From Actinomycetota bacterium (GTDB lineage: Bacteria > Acidobacteriota > Terriglobia > Terriglobales > Acidobacteriaceae): a stretch of 41,679 nt of DNA. The stretch spans positions 1 to 41,679 of the forward strand of contig JBLMYN010000552.1 of assembly GCA_050258305.1 (NCBI GenBank). Direction: 5' to 3'. The position numbers and the translations under genes were made by a program. The notes under the pieces were generated by a model. It saw nothing but the letters and a program-made list of their open reading frames with translations. It was not told where the DNA came from and did no database searches. Shown here piece after piece: positions 10,181-19,832 of the stretch. The first letter of the stretch is position 1; the number at the start of each line of letters is the position of its first letter.

Positions 10181-11576
10181 ACTTTTGCATGCGGCGGTAA
10201 AGGGCGCTGCGGCTCAGTCCGAGCGCGTCCGCGGCATGACTGATATTACCCGAGTGGCGCTTCAGCGCCTTTTTGATCAGCAGGCTTTCCACTTCCTCCA
10301 GGCTCATCTCATCGATCTGTGCGGACACCGCGCGCTCGGCCTCAAGTCCCAGATCGGCGGCCTGGATTTGCTCACTGGTGGTAATCAGCACCGCGCGCTC
10401 CGTGGCATGGTCCAGTTCGCGCACATTGCCCGGCCACGGATGTTCAAGCATCTTCTGCATGGCTGACGGTTCAAAGCCTTTCACCGGCTTTCGATACCGT
10501 TCGGCGTAGGCCTTCAGGAAGTGAGAGGCCAGGAGCGGGATATCTTCTTTTCTCTCGCGCAGCGGAGGAATATGCAACTCGACTGTATTCAGGCGGAACA
10601 ATAGATCAGAACGGAAACGGCCTTCCGCGCTTTCCACCTTCAGGTCGGCATTGGTGGCCGAAAGCACGCGCACGTCGACCTTGTGCGTCCGTGATGAGCC
10701 TACGCGCTCCATTTCGCCGGTTTCAAGAACACGCAGCAGCTTGGCCTGCTGTTTGAGAGGCACGTTCGCGATCTCGTCAAGGAAAAGCGTGCCATGATCC
10801 GCAAGCTCAAACCGCCCCACGCGATCTGCGCGAGCATCTGTGAATGCTCCTTTGACATGGCCGAAAAGTTCGCTCTCAAAGGTTCCTTCCGGGAGTCCGC
10901 CTGTGTTGACCGTGATCATGGGACGGTGGCTGCGCGATGACATGGCGTGCAGCGTCTGCGCGACCACCTCCTTGCCCGTTCCGTGTTCCCCGGTGATGAG
11001 GACATTGGCGTCGCTTGGACCGATCCGGCTGATCAATGTGAGGAGCGGTTGCATCGCTTTAGACTCGGCGATGAAAATTGGGCGGTTTTGCGTACGCAAA
11101 AGACTGTTTTCAGCCTCCAGCCGTTCCGCGCGCCGCATGGTGCGGTATAGATCCACCTGCGTGCGTACGATGGAAAGCAGGCGGGCATTGTCCCACGGCT
11201 TCTGGATGAAGTCACGGGCGCCCCGGCGCATGGCTTCCACCGCCAGCTCCACGCTTCCCCACGCCGTCATCACCACGATGGGCACGCGGCTGTCGATCGA
11301 CTGCACGCGGGAAAGCATATCGATGCCCTCCTGGCCTGACGTGGTATCGCGCTGATAGTTGAGGTCCATCAGGACGATGTCGAATTCGCCGCCCTGGATC
11401 GCTTCCAGGGCCGCGCTCGGACTGGCGACAGTTTCAGTTACATAACCTTCAGCCTTGAGCAAGAGCCGTAGCGCTTCGCGCACATCGGCCTGATCATCTG
11501 CAACGAGTATCCTCACCCGCTCAGTTTTCGCTGCCGCTGTTGCCGTGTTTTCGAGTTCCTGGACCCTGGTAGGCAC
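10170..11576 (-). CDS. Sigma-54-dependent response regulator (REC-AAA+-Fis HTH, NtrC family)
   Basis: REC domain (ILVADDQ...MDLNY), Walker A GEHGTGKE, Walker B LFLDEI, sigma-54 contact loop present as GAFTDA, and a C-terminal Fis-type HTH (LGLSRSALYRRMQKYGL). Confidence 0.9.
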   Translation of the reverse strand: MPTRVQELENTATAAAKTERVRILVADDQADVREALRLLLKAEGYVTETVASPSAALEAIQGGEFDIVLMDLNYQRDTTSGQEGIDMLSRVQSIDSRVPIVVMTAWGSVELAVEAMRRGARDFIQKPWDNARLLSIVRTQVDLYRTMRRAERLEAENSLLRTQNRPIFIAESKAMQPLLTLISRIGPSDANVLITGEHGTGKEVVAQTLHAMSSRSHRPMITVNTGGLPEGTFESELFGHVKGAFTDARADRVGRFELADHGTLFLDEIANVPLKQQAKLLRVLETGEMERVGSSRTHKVDVRVLSATNADLKVESAEGRFRSDLLFRLNTVELHIPPLRERKEDIPLLASHFLKAYAERYRKPVKGFEPSAMQKMLEHPWPGNVRELDHATERAVLITTSEQIQAADLGLEAERAVSAQIDEMSLEEVESLLIKKALKRHSGNISHAADALGLSRSALYRRMQKYGL

Positions 11577-11598
11577 CTGCGTCTCTCCATCAGTTTCT

Positions 11599-12294
11599 TC
11601 AGGCGGTGGCGCTGCCGGGCGTCGCTGCCGTGTCTTCCACGATCCAGCCGTCTTTGAGCTGGATCACCCGGTTTCCGTAGGCTGCATTGGTTTCAGAGTG
11701 CGTAACCTGAATAATCGTTGTGCCCTGATCATTCAACCTGCGGAACAGTTCCATGATCTCTTTGGCCTGCGCCGAATGCAGATTGCCCGTGGGCTCGTCC
11801 GCCAGGATCAGCTTGGGATTGCCGGCGACCGCCCGCGCCACGCCTACGAGCTGCTGCTGTCCCCCGGAAAGCTGATTGGGATACAGATCCTTCTTTCCCA
11901 CGATCTGGAAGCGGTCAAGGATATCGGCGACCATCGAAGCGCGCTGAGCGCGAGGAATGTCTCGATAGCTCAAAGGCACGTCAATGTTTTCCTGCACGGT
12001 GAGGTTGTCGAGCAGATGGTAGCTCTGAAAAACAAATCCGATGTAGCGCCGGTTCAAGTCCGCGCGTTTCTTGCGGTCCAGCTTGTGCACAGGCTGCTCG
12101 GCAAAAACATATTCGCCGGCCCAGCCGTCATCGAGCATGCCGACGATGCTGAGCAGGGTGGTCTTCCCCGCCCCGGAAGGACCCATGACGGTCACAAACT
12201 CTCCCTCCCGGATGTTCAGATTGATGCGGCGCAGCAGCCATGCCGTGCCCGCCGGGCTTTTCACGGTCTTCTCTACATTGCGAAGTTGAATCAA
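11599..12294 (-). CDS. ABC transporter ATP-binding protein, MacB/LolD/FtsE type
   Basis: Walker A GPSGAGKTT, Q-loop, signature LSGGQQQ, Walker B ILADEPTGNL. 231 aa. Confidence 0.9.
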   Translation of the reverse strand: MIQLRNVEKTVKSPAGTAWLLRRINLNIREGEFVTVMGPSGAGKTTLLSIVGMLDDGWAGEYVFAEQPVHKLDRKKRADLNRRYIGFVFQSYHLLDNLTVQENIDVPLSYRDIPRAQRASMVADILDRFQIVGKKDLYPNQLSGGQQQLVGVARAVAGNPKLILADEPTGNLHSAQAKEIMELFRRLNDQGTTIIQVTHSETNAAYGNRVIQLKDGWIVEDTAATPGSATA

Positions 12295-12487
12295 GGCGTT
12301 TCCTTTTAGACAAGTTTAGCCAGCGTCTCCCCTGGCCTCACGACCATTATCGCGGATCGGTCAAATCCTGAGACCCGGCAACTGCCATGTGAACAGTCAA
12401 AACCCGGCACTCAAGCCGTAGCGGGCCGAGGGGCCTCTATGCTTACAAAGTATCAGATTACGCAGTTCTGCAGCCCACTTCATTTTC

Positions 12488-14929
12488 TCATTCGCAGCGC
12501 AACGCTACCATCGGATCCACTCTAGCCGCCCTGCGCGCAGGAATGTAGCATGCACACACAGCAACTCCGATCAGAACCGCTGCAGTGATGGCATATGTGA
12601 GAGGATCCACGGTCTTTACTCCAAACACGAAACTTTTCATCAGGCGTGACAGCGCCGCAGCCGCTCCCAACCCAATCACCACACCAAATCCAGCCAGAGC
12701 CAATCCCTGCCGGATAATCATATGCAATACATCTGCGACCTGCGCGCCCAAGGCCATACGAATGCCGATTTCGCGGGTCCGCGCGCTCACCGTGTATGCG
12801 AGGACCCCATACTGCCCGATCGCAGCAAGCCCGAGCGCCAATGCGGAAAAAACGACGAACAGCCACATGTGAAACCGACGATCCTGGAACGTGCTCTCGA
12901 CCACCTGCTGCATAGGACGAATCTCACTTACCGGAACGTCTTCATCCACTGCAGCAACCTGTTCCCGCAGTGGTTTCATAAGCAGCTTGAGATCTCCGGC
13001 TGTACGCACGATCAAGAACAGATTTTGCGGCGCGCCAATGCGATACACAGTCGCTGTAGGAGGCGCGTCCAGACCCAAGTCGTGCGTATCCTGAGCGATG
13101 CCGATGACCGTGTAAGCACCGTCACCTGTTGTACCTGTGATAATTTTCTTTCCCAGGGGATCCTTCCGCGGCCAGAGCGCCTTTGCCATCATTTCACTCA
13201 TCACGATGACCCGGCTCTTTGGTCCCAGGTCCTGCCGGCGAAAACCACGTCCTTTCACAATTGGAATACCCATCGTTCTAAAGTAGTCATCACGCACGCT
13301 GGTCATGTCAGCGCTACGTTGGTCCGCGTCCGATTGTCCTTCCAGATGAAACGTTGATAATTCAATCGTGCGCATCGGCAGGGAGCCTGAAATAGTTGCC
13401 GACTCTACGCCCGGCAGAGCGCGTACGCGCGCCAGCAGCTCATTCGAGAAGCTGGAAAGCTTCCCGTCATCGCCATTCTTCGGGTCAATTCTGTATTTAT
13501 CCGGAGGGAGTTGAATAACCGCGGTCAGCAGATGTTGCGGCTGAAAACCCGGATCGACGCCATGCACCGCCCGCAGAGTTCTGATGAGCAGGCCCGCTCC
13601 CACCAGTAACACCAGCGCAAGAGACAACTCGGCAATCACAAGAGCGGACCGCGTCCTGTTCCCCTGCCCGCTTACTGATCTTCCCGTCTGAGCCAGCGCA
13701 TCCTGGATTTTTTGCCGTAAACTGTGCAGGGCCGGAGCCAGGCCGAACAAGATGCTCGTAATGATTGTGGCTGCTATGGTGAAAACAAGGACACGGGGAT
13801 CGATCGACGGCCGGTGCCCTTCAAGAAAATCTCCCGGCGCAATAGCAATGACCAGGACGACGAACCATTGAGCCAGCAGCAGGCCGGCAATGCTGCCGAG
13901 GGTGCCGAGTGTCAGGCTTTCAGCCAGCATCTGGGCCAGGATGCGAGCCCGTGAGGCGCCAAGCGCCAGCCGCACCGCCAGCTCCTTTCTTCTTTCTGTG
14001 GCACGGGCCAGCAGCAGATTGGCTATGTTCACGCACGCAATCAACAAAATGAAGCCAACGGCTACCTGGAAAATCAACAACCGCCTGATTGAATCCGGGT
14101 TCCGATCTTCTGATCGTAACGCGAGAACAGCGACTCCGGTTACAGGAGTCAAACCCGGCATATCCTCTTTTTCAAATTGCCGGGCGATCACGGCAACATC
14201 GGAGCGAGCCTGATCCAAAGTGAAGTCCGGCTTGAGGCGGGCTAAAACATTTACAAATGACCCGGGCTTGCCCGCGGCTGCAGCAGAGGTATCAAGGGGC
14301 AGCAACAGCTCAGGGTTGAGCCGCATTTCTCCCGACATGAGGTTGGGCATGCGGAAGTCCTGCGGCAGAACTCCCACCACCACATGAGCTACTCCATCTA
14401 AAGTGAGTGACTTGCCGACGGCAGCTCTCACAGAACCAAAATGTTCTACTGCGTAACCAGCGGTAAGGACGGTGACATTGTTCCGCCCCGGGGTGGTTTC
14501 ATCAGCCGAAAAATTACGCCCTGCGGCTACTCTGAAACCGAGCAAATCGAGAAGGTTCGCGCTGCATTTGAGTGCCTTAATTTTCGTGGTCCCTGATGGA
14601 CCGGCCAGACGTGGCCCATACGCGTGAAAAGCAGCCACCTGTTGAAGTGTGTGGGACTGTTCCAGGATCGCCCGATAGTGCGTCAGGGGGGGAAAAAACA
14701 TACCGCCCACGTTCACCCCCATCCCCGGCCGTTTATCCCATACCGCAACAATCCTGTCAGGGTCGCGAAACGGTAAAGGCTTCAGAACGAATGCGCTGAA
14801 CACCGCGAACATGGCGGCATTGGCGCCAATGCCCAGGGCGAGGGTGATGACCGCGACCGCAGTGAACGTGGGCGCTTTGCGCAGCACGCGCATCCCGTAT
14901 CTGACATCCTGTATTAAATTCGAGAGCAA
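12488..14929 (-). CDS. ADOP family duplicated FtsX/MacB-like permease
   Basis: N-terminus LIQDVRYGMRVLRKAPTFT, two FtsX modules each preceded by a large periplasmic domain, and the C-terminal RVDPMVALRCE signature. 813 aa. Confidence 0.9.
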   Translation of the reverse strand: MLSNLIQDVRYGMRVLRKAPTFTAVAVITLALGIGANAAMFAVFSAFVLKPLPFRDPDRIVAVWDKRPGMGVNVGGMFFPPLTHYRAILEQSHTLQQVAAFHAYGPRLAGPSGTTKIKALKCSANLLDLLGFRVAAGRNFSADETTPGRNNVTVLTAGYAVEHFGSVRAAVGKSLTLDGVAHVVVGVLPQDFRMPNLMSGEMRLNPELLLPLDTSAAAAGKPGSFVNVLARLKPDFTLDQARSDVAVIARQFEKEDMPGLTPVTGVAVLALRSEDRNPDSIRRLLIFQVAVGFILLIACVNIANLLLARATERRKELAVRLALGASRARILAQMLAESLTLGTLGSIAGLLLAQWFVVLVIAIAPGDFLEGHRPSIDPRVLVFTIAATIITSILFGLAPALHSLRQKIQDALAQTGRSVSGQGNRTRSALVIAELSLALVLLVGAGLLIRTLRAVHGVDPGFQPQHLLTAVIQLPPDKYRIDPKNGDDGKLSSFSNELLARVRALPGVESATISGSLPMRTIELSTFHLEGQSDADQRSADMTSVRDDYFRTMGIPIVKGRGFRRQDLGPKSRVIVMSEMMAKALWPRKDPLGKKIITGTTGDGAYTVIGIAQDTHDLGLDAPPTATVYRIGAPQNLFLIVRTAGDLKLLMKPLREQVAAVDEDVPVSEIRPMQQVVESTFQDRRFHMWLFVVFSALALGLAAIGQYGVLAYTVSARTREIGIRMALGAQVADVLHMIIRQGLALAGFGVVIGLGAAAALSRLMKSFVFGVKTVDPLTYAITAAVLIGVAVCACYIPARRAARVDPMVALRCE

Positions 14930-14947
14930 GTTGTCTTTCCTCCAGGC

Positions 14948-17458
14948 TTACTCATACCTTAGGGCCACCATCGGGTCCACCTTCGTTGCGCGCCTGGCGG
15001 GAACAAGCCCGGCCAGTGTAGCGATGCCGCCCAGCACCGCGATCACCGTAAGCATCGAGAGCGGGTCCGCCGGGCTCAGGCCAAAAAGCATGGAACTGAA
15101 TATGCGGCTGGACAGAAGAGCCACTGGAACGCCAACCGCAATCCCAATGAGCACTAGTTTCAACGCCTCGTGCAGAACCATCCCGAGGACCTGGTTTCGT
15201 TGCGCCCCCAACGCCATGCGAACGCCGATCTCACGGGTGCGGCGACTGACCGTGTAGGACATGACGCCGTAGAGGCCGACGCACGCCAGTGCCAGCGCCA
15301 GGAACCCAAACAAGGTAGAGAGACGCGCCACCAGAATATCCCTGGAAATAGAGGAATTAACCAGCTCGTCCAGCGTCCGGACCCGGCTCACCGGCACATT
15401 CGCGTCCAGTGCAGCAATCGTTTTCCGCACCGGCTCGATAAGATCCTGAGGCCTGCCGGCGGTCTGAATCTCAAAGTTGATCGCGTAGAGGGAGTCCAGC
15501 GCCTGCGCTGCGGGAATGTAAAAGCGCCGCCGCACAGGTCCTCGCAAACTATGATCACGCACGTCGCGCGCGACTCCGACAATCTCAATCGGCTTCTCCT
15601 TGTTCCCCTGATCATCCATCCACATCTTGCGGCCAATCGGATTGGAGTTCCCGAAATAGAATTTCGCCATGCTCTCATTCACCACGGCAACTTTCGCAGA
15701 CGTGGCGGTATCCTGCGGGCCAAATTCACGCCCCACCAGAACCGGAATACCAAGAGCGTGAAAGTAATTTTCGCCGACCTGGTCCCAATACACCACCCGG
15801 TCCCGGTCACGCGCGGCCGTGTAACCCTCAATCTTCATGGTGTCTGCCGACTCGGTACCGCTGAACAGGCCATTCTCAGACGCGGTTACACTGCGCACGC
15901 CAGGAAGAGACGCCAGCCGCGCGCGCATCTCGCGTTCATAGCCGGCCAGTTGAGCGGGCTTGTATCCGGCGGCCACAGGGTCAACCCGGGCCATCAGAAT
16001 GCGGTCCCGGCTGTACCCGAGATCAAGGTTTTTCAGGTTTGCAAGACTGCGTACGAGCAACCCGGCCGCAAATAAGACCAGGAGGCAGACTGCAACCTGC
16101 GCCGCGACCAGAATCTTGCCCAGGGGAAACCGTCCAGGGCCGGCTTGCGATGTAGTGCTCTCCTTAAGGGTGGGTGCAACCGCCACGTTCGCGGAACGCA
16201 AAGCCGGAACCAACCCAAAGAGCAATCCGGTCAAAACGCACACGCAAGCGGTGAAGGCCAGAACGCGCCAATCCGGCGTGACCGGCAATCCCTCAGCGAC
16301 ACGAGCACTCACACTCAACCTCAACAGCCCGACCGCCCCCCAACGCGCCACGAGCAGTCCGGCGAGACCGCCCGCAATGGCAAGTAACAGGCTTTCGGTA
16401 AGCAGTTGCCGGATCAATCGTGCTGGGCTGGCGCCAATGGCCAGTCGAACCGCGATCTCACGCTGGCGCGAACTGGCCCTCGCCAGCAGCAGGTTGGCCA
16501 CATTCACGCATGCGATCAGCAAGACGAGCCCGACAATGGCCATCAACAGAACCAGCGGGTGGGAGAATTCTGCTCTCAACCCGGAGATGCCCTGCCCCCC
16601 GGCTGCAATGGATATCTTTTGTTGCTTGAGCTCCCGGAGATCACCCGGATCAATGGAGCGTCCCTGTGGCCCCTGCAGCCACTGCTGAAACAGGAGGTTC
16701 AGGTTCGCCTCCGCCTGAGGCCTGCTGATACCGGGTTTGAGCCGAGCCATCACTCGCAACCATGACGCTTGAATGTCGTCCAGCCAGGGCCTTCCGGGCA
16801 TCATCTGCGGCTGCATGGTGATGGGGATCCAGAAATCCTGCTTTTCTCCCACCGTGTCACCGAAGAATCCCGGTGCGGCGATTCCAACAATCGTGTAAGG
16901 GTACTTGTTGAGCCGGACCGTCTGGCCCACAACGGAGGGATCCTCAGCCAGCTTCCGCATCCAAAACTCGTAACTGACGACCGCGATGGGATTCCGGGAT
17001 TTGGCTGCGTCATCCTCTGCCAGTAAGGTGCGTCCGCGAAACGGCGACACTCCAAGCACGGAAAAATAGTTGCCGGTCACCAGATTGATGGTCGCATCGT
17101 CGGTTACCGCGCCAAAGGCCGGGGTTTCGACGGTAACGCGGTGTTGCTGGCCGGAGGCGATCATCCCGGAAAAGACATGATTCTTGTCGCGCAATTCGCG
17201 GTATAGCGGATAAGAATAAACATCGGTCCGTGGAGAGCCAATATTCCTGCTGTTGGCCATGGACGGGTCGCTTACAATCACCAACTGCTGCGGATCCCGA
17301 ACGGCGAGAGATTTCAGTAGAACGGCGTTAATCAGGCTGAAGATTGCGCTATTGGCTCCTATGCCCAGAGCCAGCGTGAGGACGGCCACAAGAGCAAAAC
17401 CCGGGTTCCTGAGCAGCATGCGAAAGCCGTATTGAACATCCTGTAAAAGACCCTGCAT
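14948..17458 (-). CDS. ADOP family duplicated FtsX/MacB-like permease (paralog)
   Basis: Same architecture as 12488-14929 (LLQDVQYGFRMLLRNPGF...KVDPMVALRYE). The start is placed at the ATG at 17458, preceded by GAGGAG and an 8-nt spacer. The track's GTG at 17488 is an alternative. Confidence 0.9.
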   Translation of the reverse strand: MQGLLQDVQYGFRMLLRNPGFALVAVLTLALGIGANSAIFSLINAVLLKSLAVRDPQQLVIVSDPSMANSRNIGSPRTDVYSYPLYRELRDKNHVFSGMIASGQQHRVTVETPAFGAVTDDATINLVTGNYFSVLGVSPFRGRTLLAEDDAAKSRNPIAVVSYEFWMRKLAEDPSVVGQTVRLNKYPYTIVGIAAPGFFGDTVGEKQDFWIPITMQPQMMPGRPWLDDIQASWLRVMARLKPGISRPQAEANLNLLFQQWLQGPQGRSIDPGDLRELKQQKISIAAGGQGISGLRAEFSHPLVLLMAIVGLVLLIACVNVANLLLARASSRQREIAVRLAIGASPARLIRQLLTESLLLAIAGGLAGLLVARWGAVGLLRLSVSARVAEGLPVTPDWRVLAFTACVCVLTGLLFGLVPALRSANVAVAPTLKESTTSQAGPGRFPLGKILVAAQVAVCLLVLFAAGLLVRSLANLKNLDLGYSRDRILMARVDPVAAGYKPAQLAGYEREMRARLASLPGVRSVTASENGLFSGTESADTMKIEGYTAARDRDRVVYWDQVGENYFHALGIPVLVGREFGPQDTATSAKVAVVNESMAKFYFGNSNPIGRKMWMDDQGNKEKPIEIVGVARDVRDHSLRGPVRRRFYIPAAQALDSLYAINFEIQTAGRPQDLIEPVRKTIAALDANVPVSRVRTLDELVNSSISRDILVARLSTLFGFLALALACVGLYGVMSYTVSRRTREIGVRMALGAQRNQVLGMVLHEALKLVLIGIAVGVPVALLSSRIFSSMLFGLSPADPLSMLTVIAVLGGIATLAGLVPARRATKVDPMVALRYE

Positions 17459-17539
17459 CCCCTTTACTCCTCGCTCTTCAATTGACACGAATCCCTGCCG
17501 CCTTGAGCGGTGACTGGTTTGAAGAATGCCACTATACGA

Positions 17540-18004
17540 CTAAATCTGAGTTGTGGCCCCGGTATCGTGCAGCGCACCCAGTGCCCATGCCGCATTCTTG
17601 CGCGCCTCAGCCAATGGAGATGTCTTCAACACTTTAATGAGGGCATCAATCGAGGGATGGCCTATATTAACCAGGGCAACTGCCGCTTCTTCGCCCAAAG
17701 TCATCTTGAGTAGTGGAACCCTGCTGGAGCGGTACTTGACTGGGTTCACCTCGCTGGTGTCGCCCAGCAATTCGATCAGGGAATCCACAGCGGAGGCTGC
17801 TGCCACGTGCTGCTGTCCCAGCCAATAAGCTGCTGCCGCTTTGTCCTGCGCCTTCCCTGATTTCAGGATGCTGATGTGCCGAGTGATGGACTCAGCCTTA
17901 TTGGATCTGTCCGGCGACGCAGAATTCCACGATGCAAAGGCATTGAGTACGAGCAAGCACAATCCCAGCATCAGGCCCAACCCTGATCTCTTTAGCTCGT
18001 TCAT
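17540..18004 (-). CDS. Secreted or membrane-anchored HEAT-repeat protein
   Basis: Signal/anchor sequence (GLGLMLGLCLLVLNAFA), then PBS-lyase/HEAT-like repeats (AAAYWLGQQ...AVDSLIELL; EEAAVALVNIG...SIDALIKVL; ARKNAAWALGAL). The ATG at 18004 is preceded by AGGAG with a 7-nt spacer. Confidence 0.65.
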   Translation of the reverse strand: MNELKRSGLGLMLGLCLLVLNAFASWNSASPDRSNKAESITRHISILKSGKAQDKAAAAYWLGQQHVAAASAVDSLIELLGDTSEVNPVKYRSSRVPLLKMTLGEEAAVALVNIGHPSIDALIKVLKTSPLAEARKNAAWALGALHDTGATTQI

Positions 18005-18250
18005 AAAGCAGCTCCTGAGCAGCTTTAGATCGCCCTTAACCTTGGGCACAATGCCAGAAAGGCACGTTGTGTGCCGAAACTCACGTCTCGCAACACAAAG
18101 ATACGCAATGACTTACACTGATCTGCAAGAAGGGGGCAGCGGACTCGCTGTTCGCTTGCGCACGCCAGTGTGCGAAAACGAACAGCCATTCAATTAGTTT
18201 TTCCTTAAAGCTGATTCAGCGCTTGTCATCCCGACTCCAACTGCTGTGAA

Positions 18251-19714
18251 ATGATCAACCAATCCAAAATATTCGAGAACGCCGTGCCTTACATACAGTT
18301 TCTAGGTGCCGCCGGCACCGTCACAGGATCGAAACATCTCATCAACACATCGTCCGATACCGCTGGCCGCCGCGGACTGCAAGTGCTGGTCGATTGCGGC
18401 ATGTTTCAGGGGCAAAAGGAATGGCGGCTTAAGAACTGGACTGACATGCCGGTTCCCGCACGGGAGATTGATGCAGTCATCCTCACGCATGCCCATCTGG
18501 ACCATAGCGGATGGATCCCACGGCTGGCCAAAGAGGGATTTAAGGGCAGAATTTACGCAACGCCGCCCACAATCGACCTGTGCGGTGTCGTTCTTCCCGA
18601 CTCCGGCCACCTTCAGGAAGAAGAAGCGCGATATCACAACAAGAAAGGCACCTCGAAACACACGCCTGCGCTGCCGCTCTATACGCTGGAAGAAGCGCAG
18701 AATTGCATGGATCTGTTTGAGCCGGTAAGTTTCGGAGAACAGAGGAGGCTTGGTCCCGACTTCTCTTTCCGTTTTGTGCACGCCGGGCACATCCTTGGGT
18801 CGGCGATGGTTGAAGTTTTTCTTCAGCACGATGGACGGCAGCACAAATACCTTTTCACCGGCGACATCGGACGCGTCCCCTTGAAGGAAGCACCCGGACG
18901 CGTTGTCCAAGCCGGGCCTGCTCCGAACGAAAGTGCTGAGATTCTGGTCATGGAATCCACGTACGGAAATCGGGTTCATCCTCGCGAAGACGTGCGTCCC
19001 CAACTGGCCGATCTGATCAGCGACACGGTGCGCCGCGGGGGCTCGGTTGTAGTCCCGGCGTTTGCCGTGGAACGTACACAGAAGTTCTTGTTCCTGCTGA
19101 AAGAATTGATGGAGAAAAATCAATTTCCACGCGTCCCTGTATTTATCGACAGTCCCATGGGCATCAAGGCCGTGGAGATTTTTCTGAAATACAGTGGTGA
19201 ATTCAACGAGGAAGCGCGTGAGTTGATCCGAAAGTATGGATCACCGCTGCAGTGGCCTGGCTTTACGTTCGCGGCCAGGCAGGAGGAATCCAAGAAAATC
19301 AACGACGTACGCTTTCCCTGCATCATTGTCTCTTCCAGCGGCATGGTCACCGGAGGACGAGTGCTGCATCACCTGATGCTGCGGCTGCCGGATCCGCGCA
19401 CCCAGGTGATCTTCATCGGATTCCAGGCGCCCGGGACGCGCGGCGCCATCACCAAGAGCGGCGCAAAGCAAGTTCGTATTTTCTCCCAGGAAGTGGAGAT
19501 CCGCGCCCAGGTGGCTGCCCTCGAACAGTTCAGCGATCATGCCGATACCCAGGAACTGGTGCACTGGCTGCGAACCTTTTCCTCCCGGCCGGATAGCACG
19601 TACCTGGTACATGGGGAGCCCGTTGCTGCCAGTCTGTTGCAGGACGCGATCACATCAGAGTTGCGCTGGCAAGTCAGGATTGCACGATGGCTTGAGAAAA
19701 TCCCTCTGGCATGA
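18251..19714 (+). CDS. MBL-fold beta-CASP hydrolase (RNA-metabolising metallo-beta-lactamase family)
   Basis: HAHLDHSG motif, beta-CASP insertion and C-terminal RNA-specificity-like region (FSDHAD...LVHGE). 487 aa. Confidence 0.85.
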   Translation: MINQSKIFENAVPYIQFLGAAGTVTGSKHLINTSSDTAGRRGLQVLVDCGMFQGQKEWRLKNWTDMPVPAREIDAVILTHAHLDHSGWIPRLAKEGFKGRIYATPPTIDLCGVVLPDSGHLQEEEARYHNKKGTSKHTPALPLYTLEEAQNCMDLFEPVSFGEQRRLGPDFSFRFVHAGHILGSAMVEVFLQHDGRQHKYLFTGDIGRVPLKEAPGRVVQAGPAPNESAEILVMESTYGNRVHPREDVRPQLADLISDTVRRGGSVVVPAFAVERTQKFLFLLKELMEKNQFPRVPVFIDSPMGIKAVEIFLKYSGEFNEEARELIRKYGSPLQWPGFTFAARQEESKKINDVRFPCIIVSSSGMVTGGRVLHHLMLRLPDPRTQVIFIGFQAPGTRGAITKSGAKQVRIFSQEVEIRAQVAALEQFSDHADTQELVHWLRTFSSRPDSTYLVHGEPVAASLLQDAITSELRWQVRIARWLEKIPLA

Positions 19715-19832
19715 GCCGCGGTTTGAGATATGACGCGGATTGATTGGCAGGCCAAAGCCGTATCTTCAGAGACGTGAGTGACGAGCGTTCCCCAATCTGC
19801 CTGACGCAATCGACGGGCAGCAATCGCAGGAG

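Noticed and set aside
11545-12309. Long antisense ORFs in the track (e.g. 11545-12309 +, 15170-16075 +, 18302-19123 -, 26990-28003 -, 3967-4755 +, 40911-41453 +)
   Set aside because: Each lies fully inside, and opposite to, a gene with clear family motifs. Their translations are low-complexity and Arg/Pro/Gly/Ser-rich, typical of spurious frames in GC-rich DNA.
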